From positions 4,152 through 68,151 of the forward strand of contig DAIRVP010000002.1 of the NCBI GenBank assembly GCA_036802765.1: 64,000 nt of DNA, given 5' to 3'. Both the position numbers and the translations under genes were made by a program. Source of the DNA: Candidatus Rokuibacteriota bacterium (GTDB lineage Bacteria; Methylomirabilota; Methylomirabilia; Rokubacteriales; CSP1-6). Of the stretch, positions 9,711 to 19,719 are shown in pieces (position 1 is the first letter of the stretch; each line of letters starts with the position of its first letter). The notes under the pieces were generated by a model, which did not search any database, was not told the origin of the DNA, and saw only the letters and a list, made by a program, of their open reading frames with translations.

Positions 9711-12046
9711 AGACACTGGCCGCGCGCATTCTTGTTGTCGAGGACAACGCCGACACTGCCGCGCTGCTGCGCGACCTCCTCGAGGGCGAGGGGTACGACG
9801 TCGAGACGGCGGCCACCGGCGAAGCCGCGTTCGAGGCGCTCGCAGTGGCGCCGGACGTCGACCTCATGGTCCTCGATCTCATGCTGCCCGGCATGAGCGG
9901 CTACGAGGTCATCGAGCGGCTTCGTGTTCAGGCCGACCTGTCCGATCTGCCGATCCTTGTGTTGAGCGCGCTCGGCAGCGCCTCCGCGCGTGTGCGAGGC
10001 CTGCGCGAGGGCGCCGACGATTACATGACGAAGCCGTTCCTGCCGGAGGAGATCGTCGCCCGCGCGCGCACGCTGGTCACGCGGCGTCTCCTTGCGCGGC
10101 GCACGGGAGAGCTGGAAGCGTTGAGCCGCATCGCGCAGGCGGCGCTCACCGCGCCCAACCCGGAACTGTTGCTGTTTCGCCTCGTCGAGATCGTGGTCGA
10201 GGTTTTCAATGCCGACGTCGCGGTCATCTACATGCTCGACGAAGCGCGCGCCGAGCTGCGGCCGCGCGCGGCGGTCGGCCTGCCGCCGGGCGTTGAGCCC
10301 GCGCCGATTCCGGTCGGCGTCGGCGCGGTGGCCACGGCGATGTCCACGCGCGAGCCCGTGCTGATCTCGGATGGCGCCGCCGGCGCTGGCGAGCCGCTGA
10401 CGCGTCGCGAGGCGTTCCGTTCGCTGATGGTGGCGCCGCTCGTCGTGGCGGGCTCACCGATCGGCGTGCTCGAAGTCGCGTGCCGCTCGCGGCGATTGGG
10501 GGGGCGCGCCGACAGGCTGTTGCGTATCGTCGCCGATCGGGCCGCGGTGGCTATCGAGCACGCGCGCCTGGAGAACGAGGCGCGCGAGCTGGCCGACGTC
10601 GTGCGGCGCATCGGCGAAGGCGTGGTCGTTGCCGACGGCGACGACAGGATCGTCTTCGCGAACCGCGCCTTCCACGAAATGATCGGCGGTGGCGAATCGC
10701 TCGTGGGCGTGCGATGGACCGACTTTCTCGCCGGAGCCCAAGACGTTCCCGCGCTCACCGCGCAGATGCGCGGGCCCTCGTTCCAGGGCGAGGTGCTGCT
10801 GCTCACGCGCGCCGGCGACCCGCGCCCGGTGCTCGCCACGTTGTCGACGGCCGAGCGGCACGACGGCGGCGGCGTCCAGCGCATCGGCGTGTTCCGCGAC
10901 ATCTCTCGCGAGCACGAGCTCCGCTTCCGCGTCATCCGCGAGCAGAAGTTCCGTACGCTCGGCTCGCTGGCCGCCGGGGTGGCACACAACATCAACAATC
11001 GCCTCACGCCGGTCCTGGGCTGGACGGAGATGCTGCAGGAGCGCTTGAGCGCCGACGAGGCGATCACCGGCCAGGAGCTCAAGCACGCGCTCAACGTCAT
11101 CCACCAGGGCGCGTCCGACAGCGTGGAGACCGTGCGACGGCTTCAGGAGTACTCGCGTCCGGCGCGCGTGAAGGGCCCGGAGGCCGTCCAGCTTCGTGAC
11201 GTGCTGGAGCAGCTGCTGGCGCTCACGCGGCCGCAGTGGGACAACGAAGCGGCACGCCGCGGCATTCGGTACGAGATCGATTTCAAGGCGGATCCCGCGC
11301 CGGCCGTGCTGGCCGTCGCCAGTGAGGTGCGCGAGGCGCTGCTGAACATCCTTGAGAACGCGCTCACTGCGATGCCTCAGGGCGGACGTCTCACGCTCTA
11401 CGTCCGCGGCCAGGACGATCGCGCCATCGTATCGATCTCCGATACGGGCAAGGGGATGAGTCCCGAGGTGCAGCGGCTCGCGTTCGAGCCGTTCTTCACC
11501 ACGCGCAGCACCGAAGGCGGCACGGGACTCGGGCTGAGCCTCGCCCAGGAAATCGTGCAGCGGTACCGCGGTACCGTCGCACTCGCGAGCGCCGAAGGCG
11601 TCGGCACGACGTTCACGCTGTCGTTCCCGTCGATCACGGCGGAGGCGGCGCGCACGCCGGCGTTCTTGCCGACGCTGGAACCGCTGCGCATCCTGGCCGT
11701 CGAGGACGAGCCGGAGGTGCTCGACGTGCTGCGCGCCATGCTCAGCAACGCCGGCCACACGGTCTTCACGGCGGCGTCAGGACGCGAGGCGCTCGAGCTG
11801 TTCGACCGCGAGCCGGTGGATCTCGTGCTGACCGATCTCGGGATGCCCGGCATGACCGGGCTTGCGCTTGCGGAGGAGCTGAAGCGCCGGCGCGCGATCC
11901 CCGTGGTGCTTCTGACCGGCTGGGCCGACGAGTTCGACGCGAGCACGGCGCCTGCGGTCGATCTCGTGGTGCCGAAGCCCTTCACGCGCGAGCGCCTGTT
12001 CGAGGCCCTGGCACGGACGCTGCCCGATCGCGTCCGGCCGGGCTGA
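9707..12046 (+). CDS. multidomain hybrid sensor kinase/response regulator (REC - GAF - PAS - HisKA - HATPase - REC)
   Basis: ATGA overlap with the upstream kinase. N-terminal receiver (ILVVEDNADT...DLMLPGMSGYEV), a GAF-like middle region, an H-box (AAGVAHNINNRLTPVLG), an ATPase domain (GTGLGLSLAQEIV) and a second receiver. Confidence 0.85.
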   Translation: MKTLAARILVVEDNADTAALLRDLLEGEGYDVETAATGEAAFEALAVAPDVDLMVLDLMLPGMSGYEVIERLRVQADLSDLPILVLSALGSASARVRGLREGADDYMTKPFLPEEIVARARTLVTRRLLARRTGELEALSRIAQAALTAPNPELLLFRLVEIVVEVFNADVAVIYMLDEARAELRPRAAVGLPPGVEPAPIPVGVGAVATAMSTREPVLISDGAAGAGEPLTRREAFRSLMVAPLVVAGSPIGVLEVACRSRRLGGRADRLLRIVADRAAVAIEHARLENEARELADVVRRIGEGVVVADGDDRIVFANRAFHEMIGGGESLVGVRWTDFLAGAQDVPALTAQMRGPSFQGEVLLLTRAGDPRPVLATLSTAERHDGGGVQRIGVFRDISREHELRFRVIREQKFRTLGSLAAGVAHNINNRLTPVLGWTEMLQERLSADEAITGQELKHALNVIHQGASDSVETVRRLQEYSRPARVKGPEAVQLRDVLEQLLALTRPQWDNEAARRGIRYEIDFKADPAPAVLAVASEVREALLNILENALTAMPQGGRLTLYVRGQDDRAIVSISDTGKGMSPEVQRLAFEPFFTTRSTEGGTGLGLSLAQEIVQRYRGTVALASAEGVGTTFTLSFPSITAEAARTPAFLPTLEPLRILAVEDEPEVLDVLRAMLSNAGHTVFTAASGREALELFDREPVDLVLTDLGMPGMTGLALAEELKRRRAIPVVLLTGWADEFDASTAPAVDLVVPKPFTRERLFEALARTLPDRVRPG

Positions 12047-12103
12047 GCCGCGGCGCAGTCCTCGGCTGACGCCGCGCCCCGCTTCGGCTATCGTGTCCGG
12101 GCG

Positions 12104-13051
12104 ATGACGCGTCACCGCCAACGCCTGCCGCAGCTCGACAACGACTTCTTCCTGACCGACGGCGGTATCGAGACCACGCTCATCTTTCTCGATGGTCTCG
12201 AGCTTCCCGATTTCGCCGCGTTCGACCTGCTCCGACGAACGGACGGCGAGGCCGCGCTGCGGAAATACTTCCGCGCCTACGCCGCGCTGGGACAGCGCTT
12301 CGGAACCGGGTTGATCCTCGAGAGCGCGACGTGGCGCGCCAGCGCCGACTGGGGCGCGAGGCTCGGCTACGGCGCGGCCGAGCTCACCGAAGCAAACCGA
12401 CGGGCGATCGGTCTTCTGCAGGAAATTCGCGACGAGCTGCGCGGTCATCCGAAGCCGGTGGTGATCAGCGGCTGTGTCGGACCGCGCGGTGACGGATACC
12501 AGCGGGCGAACACGATGTCGGAGCCCGAGGCGGAGGCCTATCACACGGCGCAGATCCAGACGTTCCGCGACACCGCGGCCGACATGATCACCGCGATCAC
12601 GATGAACTACGTCGAAGAGGCGGTCGGTATCGTTCGTGCGGCGAGCCGGGCCGGGCTGCCGGTGGCGATCTCGTTCACGGTGGAGACGGACGGGCGGCTG
12701 CCGACCGGACAGACCTTGCAAGCCGCGATCGAAAACGTCGACGCGGCGACGTCAGCCGGTCCCGCATACTACATGGTCAACTGCGCGCATCCGACGCATT
12801 TCGAGGACGTCCTGCTCGGCGGCGCGCCGTGGGTGCGGCGCATTCGTGGCGTGCGCGCCAACGCCTCGCGAAAGAGTCACGCCGAGCTCAACGAGTCCAG
12901 CGAGCTCGACATCGGTGATCCGGCCGAGCTCGCCGCGCAGCACGCACGGCTCAAGCACCGTCTACCGCACTTCACCGTGATGGGGGGCTGCTGTGGGACC
13001 GACGTGCGGCACGTCGAGCAGATCGCGACGGCGTGTCTGCGCTCGGCCTGA
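12104..13051 (+). CDS. homocysteine S-methyltransferase family protein
   Basis: Hcy-binding fold with zinc-ligand cysteines (ISGCVGP, MVNCAHP, MGGCCGTD). Confidence 0.8.
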   Translation: MTRHRQRLPQLDNDFFLTDGGIETTLIFLDGLELPDFAAFDLLRRTDGEAALRKYFRAYAALGQRFGTGLILESATWRASADWGARLGYGAAELTEANRRAIGLLQEIRDELRGHPKPVVISGCVGPRGDGYQRANTMSEPEAEAYHTAQIQTFRDTAADMITAITMNYVEEAVGIVRAASRAGLPVAISFTVETDGRLPTGQTLQAAIENVDAATSAGPAYYMVNCAHPTHFEDVLLGGAPWVRRIRGVRANASRKSHAELNESSELDIGDPAELAAQHARLKHRLPHFTVMGGCCGTDVRHVEQIATACLRSA

Positions 13052-13063
13052 GGCCCCGCTAGC

Positions 13064-14401
13064 TCAGGACTGGGCCTCGGCCTCCCGATCCACCGGCGTG
13101 GTGCCGCCGGTGAAGGTCACCCGTGGATTGCGTGTGCGCAGCCTCCACAGACGGAACGACTCGCGCCAGTGCTTCACGCTGAACCCGACGTAGAAGATCC
13201 TGAACAGCCAGAAGCGCGAGCGGGTGCCGATGTCGCGGAACACGTCTCCGGCGAGCAGTGAGGTGACCGCTTCCTGCACCCGGAATGGATTCGCGGGATT
13301 CAACAGGAGGCTCCGCATGCCTGGCGAGTTGAAGCGCCAGATGAACCAGGAGAAGGTCTTCACGCCGCGCTCGACCATGCGCTCGAAGTGCCGGAACTTT
13401 TGCTCGGCCGTCGGATCGCCACGCAGCCACGCGTCGAGGGCCTCGGCCCCCAGCACGCCGCTGTTCATGCCCAGGAGCACGCCGCTGGAGAAGACCGGGT
13501 CGATGAAGGCGTAGGCGTCACCCACCATGATGTAGCGCTCGCCGCGCATGCGCGTGGACTCGTACGAATAGTTGCCGGTCGCCCGCGCTTCGTTGTTGAT
13601 CAACGTGGCGTTACGCATCCGGTGGCGCATCTCCGGGTGTGCCAACGCGATCGTCTGCAGCAAAAACTCGGCAGGCTTGGTGGTGCGCTGCTTCAGGTAG
13701 GCGGGCCGGCACACCGCCCCGACGCTCATGGTCCCGTCCCGCAGCGGAATCATCCAGAACCAGCCGTGCTCGAACCAATACACGCTGATGTTGCCCGCAT
13801 ACTCGCCCTCACGCCGGTCCACGTTGAGGAAATGTCCGAAGATGGCGGCGCTGGCGTGGTGGATGTTCTTTTTCTTGAGCTTGAACTTGCGCGAGAGAAG
13901 CGTGTCGCGGCCCGAGGCGTCGACGAAGAAACGACAGCTCCAGCGCGATTCCCGGCCCTGTTCGTCGACGGCCGAGACCACCGGATTGCCGCCCGTCGGG
14001 AAGTCGACGGCCATGACACAGACGCCTTCCAGGACGCGGGTGCCCTTGGCGCTGCTGTTGCGAAGCAGCAGATTGTCGAATTCGGAGCGGCGCACTTCGT
14101 AGGCGTAGGGGCGACTCTTATCGAGCGCAAAGGCGAAGTGGAACTGGTGGTGGCCGCTCACCTCGAGATTCGAGTTGAAGTCGGCGCCGGGCTTTTTGAT
14201 GCCGATGGCATCCACCTGTTCGAGCACGCCGAGCCGCTCGAAGATCGCAAGATTGTGAGGCAGCAGCGATTCACCGATGTGAAAGCGGGGATGGTGTTCT
14301 TTCTCGAGCAGCGTGACGCGCCAGCCCTTCTCGGCGAGCAGCGCCGAGATGGTCGAGCCGGCCGGTCCTCCGCCCACGACGAGGACGTCGCACTCGTTCA
14401 T
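13064..14401 (-). CDS. flavin-dependent halogenase (tryptophan-halogenase family)
   Basis: FAD-binding GGGPAGS, the halogenase-specific WxWxIP motif (GWFWMIPL) and the FxxPxxSxG motif (FIDPVFSSGV). 445 aa. Confidence 0.7.
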   Translation of the reverse strand: MNECDVLVVGGGPAGSTISALLAEKGWRVTLLEKEHHPRFHIGESLLPHNLAIFERLGVLEQVDAIGIKKPGADFNSNLEVSGHHQFHFAFALDKSRPYAYEVRRSEFDNLLLRNSSAKGTRVLEGVCVMAVDFPTGGNPVVSAVDEQGRESRWSCRFFVDASGRDTLLSRKFKLKKKNIHHASAAIFGHFLNVDRREGEYAGNISVYWFEHGWFWMIPLRDGTMSVGAVCRPAYLKQRTTKPAEFLLQTIALAHPEMRHRMRNATLINNEARATGNYSYESTRMRGERYIMVGDAYAFIDPVFSSGVLLGMNSGVLGAEALDAWLRGDPTAEQKFRHFERMVERGVKTFSWFIWRFNSPGMRSLLLNPANPFRVQEAVTSLLAGDVFRDIGTRSRFWLFRIFYVGFSVKHWRESFRLWRLRTRNPRVTFTGGTTPVDREAEAQS

Positions 14402-14445
14402 CGGATCGCCGGCGGCGCGGTTCGTAACGGCGCGCGCCCCGGCGA

Positions 14446-14823
14446 CTACCGCAGGTGGATCTTGCCGCCGCCCGGCAGCCCGCCGGGACCGCCCTTGGGA
14501 TCGAAACCGGGCGGGAGCGTTGGCGGCACGACGATCTGCGAGGCAGCCTCGCGCCGTAGCTCTTCGAGCTCACGGCGAGTGCGGTCGATGGCAGTAGTCG
14601 CGCCGGCGGCGAACTTGTCGATGGCGTCGGCTAGCGACGTCGCGTCGATCTCGAACACCAGCGGCAGGAGCCCGGCCTGGGTGAGCAGCTGCGCTTCGCC
14701 CACGTAGAGCACCGGACGGCTGGCATCGGTCGAGCCGTCGACCTTGATCGGGGTCATGACACGGAGCGTTCCGACACGGCGGTCGGTGACGACCTCCTCG
14801 CGGTAGAGCGACGTCGCATCCAT
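14446..14823 (-). CDS. hypothetical protein
   Basis: Small ORF immediately downstream of uppP on the same strand with a GGTGAG RBS-like upstream sequence. No known domain. Start is ambiguous (alternative ATG at 14856). Confidence 0.4.
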   Translation of the reverse strand: MDATSLYREEVVTDRRVGTLRVMTPIKVDGSTDASRPVLYVGEAQLLTQAGLLPLVFEIDATSLADAIDKFAAGATTAIDRTRRELEELRREAASQIVVPPTLPPGFDPKGGPGGLPGGGKIHLR

Positions 14824-14860
14824 CTTCGGCTCACCGGTGCGGATCTCAGGCGGCATGACC

Positions 14861-15679
14861 CTAACGATACCAGACCGCGACAATGATCGCGGCAAGCACG
14901 AGGCGATAGACGACGAACGGCACCAGCGAGCGGCGCTTGAGGTAGTTGACGAGAAACCAGACGGCAAACCACCCAGTCACGAACGACACGAGCACAGCGG
15001 CGAGGATCGGCCCCGTGTCGCCGAGGTGCTCGCCCGTGCGGAGCAGGTGCAGGGCTTCCTTCATGCCCGCGCCCGCGGTGATCGGGATCCCGAGCAGAAA
15101 CGCATAGCGCGCCGACGTTGCACGATCCAGGCCGGTGAACAGCCCCGTGGTGATCGTGATGCCGGAGCGTGACGTCCCCGGGATCAGCGCCAGCGCCTGC
15201 GCGATGCCGACGGCGATGCCCTGACCCCACCCCACCTGCTCGAGCGGATCGTCGGGTCGCGCCACGGCATAGGAATGCGTGCGCGCCGGTGGGGAAGCGG
15301 GACGCGCCTGCCGATCGGCGATCAGCATGACGACGCCCCAGAACGCCGTGGTTGCCGCGATCAGGAGCGGCCAGCGGAAGTGCGCCTCGATGTACTTGCC
15401 GAACAGGACGCCGACGACGGCGCCGGGGATCGTGGCGAGCACGATGATCACGCCGAGACGGCGGTTCAGCGCGCCGCTGAAGAGATCGAAGATCTCGCCG
15501 CGAAAATAGGCGAGCAGCGCGGCGAGCGTGCCGAGATGGAGCGCGGCGTCGACGGCGAGGCCCTGGTCCGGCCAGCCGAAGACATGCGGGACGAGAATCA
15601 GGTGGCCGGACGAGGAGACCGGTAGGAACTCGGTCAGACCCTGAACGAGCCCGAGGACCACGGCCTGGGCGTAGCTCAC
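14861..15679 (-). CDS. uppP: undecaprenyl-diphosphate phosphatase
   Basis: UppP/BacA signature LVQGLTEFLPVSSSGHL in a polytopic membrane protein. Confidence 0.9.
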   Translation of the reverse strand: MSYAQAVVLGLVQGLTEFLPVSSSGHLILVPHVFGWPDQGLAVDAALHLGTLAALLAYFRGEIFDLFSGALNRRLGVIIVLATIPGAVVGVLFGKYIEAHFRWPLLIAATTAFWGVVMLIADRQARPASPPARTHSYAVARPDDPLEQVGWGQGIAVGIAQALALIPGTSRSGITITTGLFTGLDRATSARYAFLLGIPITAGAGMKEALHLLRTGEHLGDTGPILAAVLVSFVTGWFAVWFLVNYLKRRSLVPFVVYRLVLAAIIVAVWYR

Positions 15680-16512
15680 CCGACGATTTCTTCGCCGCCG
15701 TCCACGCCGATCACGTTGCCCGTGATCCAGTACGTGTCGGGGTGCGAGAGCACGACGATGGCCTTGGCGACATCCTCGGGTGTGGTGAGGCGGCCGCCCG
15801 GGTTACGCCGCCGCGCCTGCGCCATGATCTCCTCGTTGCCCGGAATCTTCTGCAGCGCCGGCGTGTTGGTGACGCCGGCGCGGATCGAGTTCGCGGCGAT
15901 GCCGCGCGGGCCGAGCTCGGCGGCGAGCTGCCGGATGTTGGACTCGAGCGCGGCTTTGGCGGCCGACACCGGCCCGTAGTTCGGCAGCACGCGCGCGCCG
16001 CCCGACGACGTCATGGCGAAGATGTGGCCGCCGCGCGTCATGAGCCCGCGGCCCACCAGCTCCTGCGCCCAGTAGACGAGGCTGTGCGCCATCACGTCGA
16101 GCGTCATGTCCATCTGCGATTGGGTCACGGCCTCCTTCATCGGATCTGCGATGAAGAGCTTGAGCGTGCCGAAGGCGAGCGAGTGCAGCATCACGCGCAC
16201 GCCGCCCGGCTCGTTGCGCTGCTCGAGCGTCTTCTGCATCTCGGCCGCGACCTCTGCGCGCTTGTCGGGATCGGCGGCGTTCACGTTGAAGAACTGCGCC
16301 TGACGCCCGAGGCCGCGGATCTCGCCGGTGATGCGCTCGACGTTGGCCAGCGTGGCCTTGCGATCGAGATGGACGCCGAAGATGTTCATCCCTGCGCGCG
16401 CGAGCGCGAGACTGGTCGCCTCGCCGAACCCAGAAGAAGCACCGAGAACGAGAGCCCAACCGTCGAGACGGATCGGAGCGTCGCCCGCCACGGCGTCAAG
16501 TCTAGCATCCAT
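15676..16512 (-). CDS. SDR-family oxidoreductase (enoyl-ACP-reductase-like Y-x6-K)
   Basis: Rossmann GASSGFG motif and a YGPVSAAK catalytic pair. Overlaps the uppP start by 4 nt. Confidence 0.7.
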   Translation of the reverse strand: MDARLDAVAGDAPIRLDGWALVLGASSGFGEATSLALARAGMNIFGVHLDRKATLANVERITGEIRGLGRQAQFFNVNAADPDKRAEVAAEMQKTLEQRNEPGGVRVMLHSLAFGTLKLFIADPMKEAVTQSQMDMTLDVMAHSLVYWAQELVGRGLMTRGGHIFAMTSSGGARVLPNYGPVSAAKAALESNIRQLAAELGPRGIAANSIRAGVTNTPALQKIPGNEEIMAQARRRNPGGRLTTPEDVAKAIVVLSHPDTYWITGNVIGVDGGEEIVG

Positions 16513-16541
16513 GTCGACGGCGTCGTAAAATTCGCGACGCC

Positions 16542-17270
16542 ATGCCGAAGACTGCCGGCATCATTCTCATCGGCAACGAGATCCTCTCCGGCAAGACCGT
16601 CGACGCCAACGCGGCGTACCTGTGTCGTGAGCTTCGCGAGCTCGGCGTGGAGGTGGGGCGCATCCTCGTCATTCCCGACGACGTCGCTTCCATCGCGGAG
16701 GAAGTGGCGGCGTTCAGCAAAACGTTCGATTTTGTGTTCACCTCGGGCGGCGTGGGGCCCACGCACGACGACGTGACCATCGAAGGCGTCGCGCGGGCGA
16801 TGGGCGTGCCGGTGGTCCGGCACCCGGAGCTGGTTGCGCTCCTGGAACGGTACTATCGCGACACGCTGACGGACGCCGCGCTCAGAATGGCGGAGATTCC
16901 CGACGGCGCTGAGCTGATCAGGGACAACGGCCTGCGGTTTCCCAACGTCGCCATACGCAACGTCTACGTGCTGCCGGGTGTGCCGGAGATCTTCCGGCGC
17001 AAGTTCGACGCCATGCGCGAGCGCTTCCGCGACGCGCCGATCCACCTCAAGAATGTGTTCGTGCGCATCGGCGAGGGAACGCTCGCCGACTATTTGAATC
17101 GACTGCTGGCCGACTTCCCGCTGCTGATGGTGGGCTCGTACCCGGAGCTGTCCAATCCGGAATATCAGGTGAAGGTCACGCTGGAGTCGCGCGACCGCGG
17201 GTATCTCGAGCAGGCGCTGGCCGACTTCCTGGGGCGGCTGCCGAGCGACGCCGTCGTGAAAGTTAGCTGA
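16542..17270 (+). CDS. CinA-like molybdopterin-binding (MoCF-biosynthesis) domain protein
   Basis: N-terminal IILIGNEILSGKTVDANAAYL pattern typical of MoaB/MogA/CinA folds. Confidence 0.55.
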   Translation: MPKTAGIILIGNEILSGKTVDANAAYLCRELRELGVEVGRILVIPDDVASIAEEVAAFSKTFDFVFTSGGVGPTHDDVTIEGVARAMGVPVVRHPELVALLERYYRDTLTDAALRMAEIPDGAELIRDNGLRFPNVAIRNVYVLPGVPEIFRRKFDAMRERFRDAPIHLKNVFVRIGEGTLADYLNRLLADFPLLMVGSYPELSNPEYQVKVTLESRDRGYLEQALADFLGRLPSDAVVKVS

Positions 17271-17285
17271 CGGGATCACGCCGCG

Positions 17286-19013
17286 GTGCGCGGGATCCCC
17301 CTCGGCGTCGCACTCGTCGCGGCCGCGCTGTATCTGCTACGGCTCGGCCACGCGCCCCTCGTCGATCCGCCCGAGGGGCTGCACGCTCAGATCGCCCGCG
17401 AGATGCTGCGAATGGGCGACTGGATCACACCGCATGTGAGCGGCGTGCGCTACTTCGACAAGCCGCCGCTCATGTATTGGCTCATGAGCGGCTCGTTCGC
17501 CGTCGCAGGAGTCGGCGAGGCCGCCGCGCGGGTGTGGTCGGCCTTGGCCGCTGTCGGCATCGCCGCTGTGACCGCGCGCCTGGGCTTCATGCTCGGCGGC
17601 GCCCGCGTCGCGCTCCTGGCCGGTCTCATCGTGATCGCCAACCTCGGCATGTACCTCTATGGGCGGCTCGTGAAGCCGGACATGATATTCATCCTGTGCA
17701 TCGTGCTCGCGTATGCGGGGTTCGCCGTCGCCTACAAAGGCGCCGGCCGCTGGGGTCTCGCGGTGTTCTACGCGAGCCTCGGCGTGGCCACGATGACGAA
17801 GGACGTGCTCGGGGCCGCCGGCCCACTGGTCGTGGTCGCACTCTTCCTCGTGCTCACGCGCGAGCGCCCGCTGGCGCCGTGGGCGCCGTGGTGGGGCGTG
17901 CTGCTGCTGCTCGCCATCGTGGTGCCGTGGTATGCGGCGGTGGAGGCCCGCAACCGTGGCTTTCTCTGGTACACGCTCGTCGACACTGACGTGCTGAACT
18001 TCGCGCGACACCGCGTGTTTCCCGACGAAGACGTGCCGCTCGGCGCGCTGCAGTTCCTCGGTGTGACGTTTCTCGCGTTTCTGCCGTGGTCGCTGGCGGC
18101 GCCCTGGGCGGTGACGCGCGCACTGCGCCGGCCGTGGGAAGATGCCACCGCGCGGCTCTGGGTGCTCGTGGCGCTGTGGCCGCTCGTCGTCATCGGCTTC
18201 TTCACGCTCTCGCCGTTCAAGCTTCCCCATTACGGCCTGCCCGCGTTTCCGGCGCTGGCGTTGCTCGTCGCGCGCGTGTGGGACGAATCGATGGACGCGG
18301 TGCCGGGATCGTTGCGGCCGCGCGCGCTGATCGTGCCGGTGCTGGTCACGTTCGCGGTCGCCGCGGTGGCCCTCGGCCTCGCGATGGCCGATCGGCTGCC
18401 GCTGCCGGCGGGCGCGCTCGGCAATCTCGACCTTGCGACGCGCAATCTCGCCGCGCGCGGGCAGGAGATCGCGTCTGCGCCGCTCAGCGCCTACGCGTCG
18501 CTGCTGCGCACGTGCATGATGATCTTCGTCGTCGGCTCGCTGGTCCTGGCCTGGGCCGCGTGGCGCCGATCGCCCGCGCTGGGTGCGTGGGCGACGGTGG
18601 CGGTGACCCTGGCCTTCCTGCCGGCTGCCGGCGACGGTGTGGCCGTGTTCGCGCGCACGCGTTCAGCCCGAGCGGTGACGGAAGCCCTCGTGCTCCGGCT
18701 GCAGCCGGGTGATCAGGTCATGCACGAAGGCCCACTCGAGAACAGCGGCTCGGTCCTGTTGGCGATCGACCGCCCGGTGACCGTGGTGAACGGGCTGCAG
18801 TCGAACCTGGCCTTCGGCGCGACGTTTCCGGAGGCGCGCGACCGCTTCTGGGACGGCGCACGCCTGGTCCAGGAGTGGCCCAAGCCGGGCCGCCGCTTTC
18901 TCGTCAGTGGCTTAGCACCGGACCGAAGCGTCGTCCGCATGCTGCCGCCCGGCACCGTGCACCTGCTTACACACGGCGGGGGCCGCTGGTTGTACGGGAA
19001 TGTTGAAAATTGA
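17286..19013 (+). CDS. GT39/ArnT-like glycosyltransferase (undecaprenyl-phosphate-sugar dependent, polytopic)
   Basis: RLGHAPLVDPPEGLHAQIAREM...YFDKPPLMYWL motif of the ArnT/PMT family with multiple TM helices. Confidence 0.75.
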   Translation: MRGIPLGVALVAAALYLLRLGHAPLVDPPEGLHAQIAREMLRMGDWITPHVSGVRYFDKPPLMYWLMSGSFAVAGVGEAAARVWSALAAVGIAAVTARLGFMLGGARVALLAGLIVIANLGMYLYGRLVKPDMIFILCIVLAYAGFAVAYKGAGRWGLAVFYASLGVATMTKDVLGAAGPLVVVALFLVLTRERPLAPWAPWWGVLLLLAIVVPWYAAVEARNRGFLWYTLVDTDVLNFARHRVFPDEDVPLGALQFLGVTFLAFLPWSLAAPWAVTRALRRPWEDATARLWVLVALWPLVVIGFFTLSPFKLPHYGLPAFPALALLVARVWDESMDAVPGSLRPRALIVPVLVTFAVAAVALGLAMADRLPLPAGALGNLDLATRNLAARGQEIASAPLSAYASLLRTCMMIFVVGSLVLAWAAWRRSPALGAWATVAVTLAFLPAAGDGVAVFARTRSARAVTEALVLRLQPGDQVMHEGPLENSGSVLLAIDRPVTVVNGLQSNLAFGATFPEARDRFWDGARLVQEWPKPGRRFLVSGLAPDRSVVRMLPPGTVHLLTHGGGRWLYGNVEN

Positions 19014-19719
19014 GCGGTCGAAGTCGGATGATGGGCTAGTGGCTCTCGCGTCGCGCTACACCCTGAAGGGCGATCCCTACAGCAGCCACTCGATCATCCT
19101 GGAGTGGCTCGGCGAAGGACGCGGCCGTCGGCTCGTGGACGTCGGCGCCGCCGACGGTCTGCTGTCGCGCCTGCTGACGGCGCGCGGCTGGAAGGTGACG
19201 GGCCTCGAGGCCGACCCCGTGGCCGCAGCGGCCGGCGCCGAGCACTGCGAGCGCATGATCGTCGCAGATCTCGACCGCGGTCTGCCGCAGCTCGACGGCG
19301 AGTTCGACGCGATCGTGTGCGCGGACGTCCTCGAGCACCTGCGCAATCCCGCGGCGGCCCTGATGGCCTTGCGGTGCTCGCTGGCCAGCGGCGGGCAGGT
19401 GGTGATCTCGATTCCGAACGTCGCCCACGCGTGGATGCGGTTGTCGCTGCTGGCCGGTCGCTTCAACTACGCCGAGCGCGGCATTCTCGATCGCACCCAT
19501 CTGCGGTTTTTCACGCGACGCACGCTCGGAGCGCTGGTGACGAGGGCGGGGCTTCGCGTCACGCGCATGACGTCGACGCCGGTGCCGCTCTACCAGGTCG
19601 TGTCAGAGCGCTGGCACGGGCGGGTGCTGGGTGCGCTGCACGCAGTGAACGCGGCGAGCGCGCGTGCGCTGCCGCGCCTGCTCGCGTACCAGTTCGTGGT
19701 CCTCGCGGAGCGCGCATGA
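19000..19719 (+). CDS. class I SAM-dependent methyltransferase
   Basis: SAM-binding motif I (LVDVGAADG). Overlaps both neighbouring genes. Confidence 0.7.
   Translation: MLKIERSKSDDGLVALASRYTLKGDPYSSHSIILEWLGEGRGRRLVDVGAADGLLSRLLTARGWKVTGLEADPVAAAAGAEHCERMIVADLDRGLPQLDGEFDAIVCADVLEHLRNPAAALMALRCSLASGGQVVISIPNVAHAWMRLSLLAGRFNYAERGILDRTHLRFFTRRTLGALVTRAGLRVTRMTSTPVPLYQVVSERWHGRVLGALHAVNAASARALPRLLAYQFVVLAERA

Noticed and set aside
19104-19715. N-terminal 200 codons of the 461-aa ORF 19104..20489
   Set aside because: Arg-rich shadow over the methyltransferase gene. The GT2 gene begins at the ATG at 19716 with typical MSKMRAPKVVVVMPAYNA.
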